This document shows positions 61,915-64,000 of a DNA stretch of 64,000 nucleotides, piece after piece. The notes under the pieces were generated by a model that was not told the origin of the DNA, did not search any database, and was given only the letters and a program-made list of their open reading frames with translations. Position 1 is the first letter of the stretch. Each line of letters begins with the position of its first letter. Position numbers and translations under genes: made by a program. The stretch is from Escherichia phage vB_EcoM-673R5, in the sequence record ON470615.2; one strand, given 5' to 3'.

Positions 61915-61980
61915 TGGCGGGGAAGCACGTCAAGCCCAGGCTTGATCGTCACCCCTTTATTGATATTGAACTGTTCCATG

Positions 61981-62592
61981 TTAATTTCCTGCTTTCAGTT
62001 GCTTAAGACGGCGTTTGAGTTCGCCATTTCGGGCCTTTTCGTTATTGAGTCGGCCTGTCTCCTTATCCAGCTTCGCCCGCAAATCAGTGATCTGCTGTTG
62101 ATTGAAAGACACCGAGTTCTGCGCTGATTTATAAGCGGCAACCACCTGAGCATTCCGCTGTTTTGCCTCTTGCAGGCGCTGAAAGTTGGATTTTACTGCC
62201 GGTTTCTTGTCTACCGGATTGGCAACACGTTTCGCTTTGGCGATCAGTGATTTCTGGAATTTTGCGGAGTTTTTGCGGGCCGCTTGCCCCATGACGGTAC
62301 CAAGCGTCTTGATATCCGGCGATTGAGCGTTAGGAATAGCTTTTCCATTCAGCCTCACAGACGATATATCGCCAGTATCGTTTACCTGTATGGCAAGAAT
62401 TTGTCCGTCGTTAAGAACCAGCTTTGCGGTTTTAACTTTAACGCCATCTTTCGTTGTTGCGCGGTTGCTGGAGTCAACCTCAATTACCGTAACACCGGTT
62501 TTATTGATCGCCGCGATAAGGGATTTCAGCCCCTTTTCATTAACCTGGTCAAAATCGACCGTTGCATACTTATTTTTCGTCATCTGACACAT
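61981..62592 (-). CDS. hypothetical protein, 203 aa, basic coiled-coil C-terminus
   Basis: Intact ORF. Confidence 0.35.
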   Translation of the reverse strand: MCQMTKNKYATVDFDQVNEKGLKSLIAAINKTGVTVIEVDSSNRATTKDGVKVKTAKLVLNDGQILAIQVNDTGDISSVRLNGKAIPNAQSPDIKTLGTVMGQAARKNSAKFQKSLIAKAKRVANPVDKKPAVKSNFQRLQEAKQRNAQVVAAYKSAQNSVSFNQQQITDLRAKLDKETGRLNNEKARNGELKRRLKQLKAGN

Positions 62593-63002
62593 CCTGTGCG
62601 AGATTTATTACGTAACTTCTGCGGATTTGCTGAGTAACAGGGAAAATCCGATACAACGGGTTAATGAACGAGTCGCCATGCGTAACCATGACGTTGAAAT
62701 GCCACAGTCGCTCTCCTTTACCCATATATTCAGTGGGTATGTACAACCATTCACTGTTTTCGCCCTGTTCAGCCGACGTCAAACAACGTTGTTCGCCTTC
62801 AATCACTGTCGTCGGCTTCTGAACATCGCGGATCAATATCTGACCGTTGCGCCGCGCAAAAACGGGAATTTAGACCGGTATTTGAACGGCACCCGGATGA
62901 AACCCGGTTTAATTTCCACATCACCAAGTTCTAAATGCGTGATGTCCTTGCGTTTTAGCAAATAGCGATCGGCTAAGGCTAACGCAAGAACGCATACACC
63001 CC
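62570..63002 (-). CDS. lydB: possible antiholin; one frameshift near 62840-62880
   Basis: GGAGG then ATG 63002 overlapping the upstream stop; N-terminal MIGWGVCVLALALADRYLL. Confidence 0.35.
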
Positions 63003-63008
63003 AGCCAA

Positions 63009-63338
63009 TCATTTCCCGCCTCCCTTTTTCACCAAACTTGTAAGAACATTCAGAATGCTATCGATATTCACTCGTTTCATCCCTGAAATCACCTCATGAC
63101 CGTTATTGCTGGCTATCGTTACCATTAAGTACGTAATGGATAACTCCCAGCCCTCGTGTTGCCCCAATAGGTACGCCACCGCGCCAGCTGTCACTGCAAC
63201 AAAGATCTCCGTAACCAATCCCAACAAATTGCCAGACTGGCGACCGTCTCGGACATCCATCAGGAACGTGCCTATCCCACCAATTACTGAAAGCAGGAGC
63301 GCAATAGCAACTGGAGCTAATTCCTGTGTGTCAAGCAC
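63009..63338 (-). CDS. lydA: holin-like membrane protein, 109 aa
   Basis: Predicted TM segments (VAIALLLSVIGGIGTFL, TEIFVAVTAGAVAYLL, ITYLMVTIA), charged C-terminus. Confidence 0.45.
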   Translation of the reverse strand: MLDTQELAPVAIALLLSVIGGIGTFLMDVRDGRQSGNLLGLVTEIFVAVTAGAVAYLLGQHEGWELSITYLMVTIASNNGHEVISGMKRVNIDSILNVLTSLVKKGGGK

Positions 63339-63412
63339 AAGTTCCCTCCTACGTTGTCAGGAGGTAATGGTATGCAAAGTAACTTCTCAACCGGTTATGT
63401 TGCATAAGAGAC

Positions 63413-63676
63413 TTACCTATTCAACCGACTTTTGGAACCTTCAATAATAAGCCTGCTATTGGCGCTGAAAATAAGAACCATGCAGCTCTGAAGGCTTTCA
63501 TTCATATCCTTATATTCCGCGAGATACATGCCAATAAAGCCAGCAAGTACGGCGGAAATACATTCGGCCAGCAATTTCTTGCATGAAGACTCGTAACGGT
63601 TTTCACACAGCCCACTCAAATACGAATACACCCCACCAAGAAGGGATAACATCACGATATGTACATAAAATGTCAT
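63413..63676 (-). CDS. small membrane protein, 87 aa
   Basis: Two hydrophobic segments (HIVMLSLLGGVYSYL, ISAVLAGFIGMYLA). Confidence 0.35.
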   Translation of the reverse strand: MTFYVHIVMLSLLGGVYSYLSGLCENRYESSCKKLLAECISAVLAGFIGMYLAEYKDMNESLQSCMVLIFSANSRLIIEGSKSRLNR

Positions 63677-63804
63677 TTTTTACCTATACAACAGTAAGTT
63701 GAACAACATCTGAGAACGGTATGCACTTTGTGATTTCCACACACACTGGTTTTGTTAATTAAAACCTGTAGCTTGCAATAAATAACGATAGTGGGCAGAA
63801 AATA

Positions 63805-64000
63805 TGCTAATAGGCTATGTACGCATATAGACAAATGAACAAAACACAGCTATGCAGTGAAAAGCACTTGAAAGCGCAGGATGTGAGCTAATTTTTGCGA
63901 ATAAGGCGAGCAGCAAAAGGCTGGGCACCCTGGGTTAAAAAGGTTCTGCGTATGCTTTCCAGAGGTGATACCCTAGTCTCGGGCTAGGGACAACATTTCG
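63805..64000 (+). pseudogene. cin: serine DNA invertase (Cin/Gin/Hin family) remnant; in-frame stops; runs off the window
   Basis: Translates MLIGYVRI*TNEQNTAMQ*KALESAGCELIFANKASSKR and, in another frame, GLKKVLRMLSRGDTLV. Stops arise from substitutions, not only indels. Confidence 0.5.

Overview
This 64 kb window is most of the genome of a P1-family phage-plasmid, read from sequence alone with no database search. P1 hallmarks are present: loxP (36216-36249) next to cre, the c1/coi immunity region, about 20 copies of the C1 operator motif ATTGCTCTAATAAATTT, pacA/pacB with the 7-hexamer GATC pac site, phd-doc, lpa, ban, dmt, hrdC, ref, darB, prt, pro, lyz, ssb, three tRNAs and a lydA/lydB lysis cassette. 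Variable cargo sits between these core genes: a type IC hsdR-hsdS-hsdM restriction-modification system with three TAEL repeats in HsdS; a fused RelA/SpoT-synthetase (toxSAS, CapRel-like) gene in the slot where P1 carries its type III R-M; an IS200/IS605-type TnpB element between prt and pro; an AT-rich island after ssb with an HD-domain dGTPase-like gene; an icd/ant module between pacB and c1; and a decayed Cin-like invertase at the window end. At least 25 genes are broken into 2-4 ORF fragments. The five junctions I inspected closely (hrdC, phd, VRR-NUC, toxSAS, dGTPase) each fall in or beside a homopolymer run and look like single-base undercalls, so I treat the breaks as probable sequencing error and annotate merged genes. 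Gene names for the structural, lysis and dar-operon regions are hedged; coordinates of merged genes are approximate at the frameshift points.
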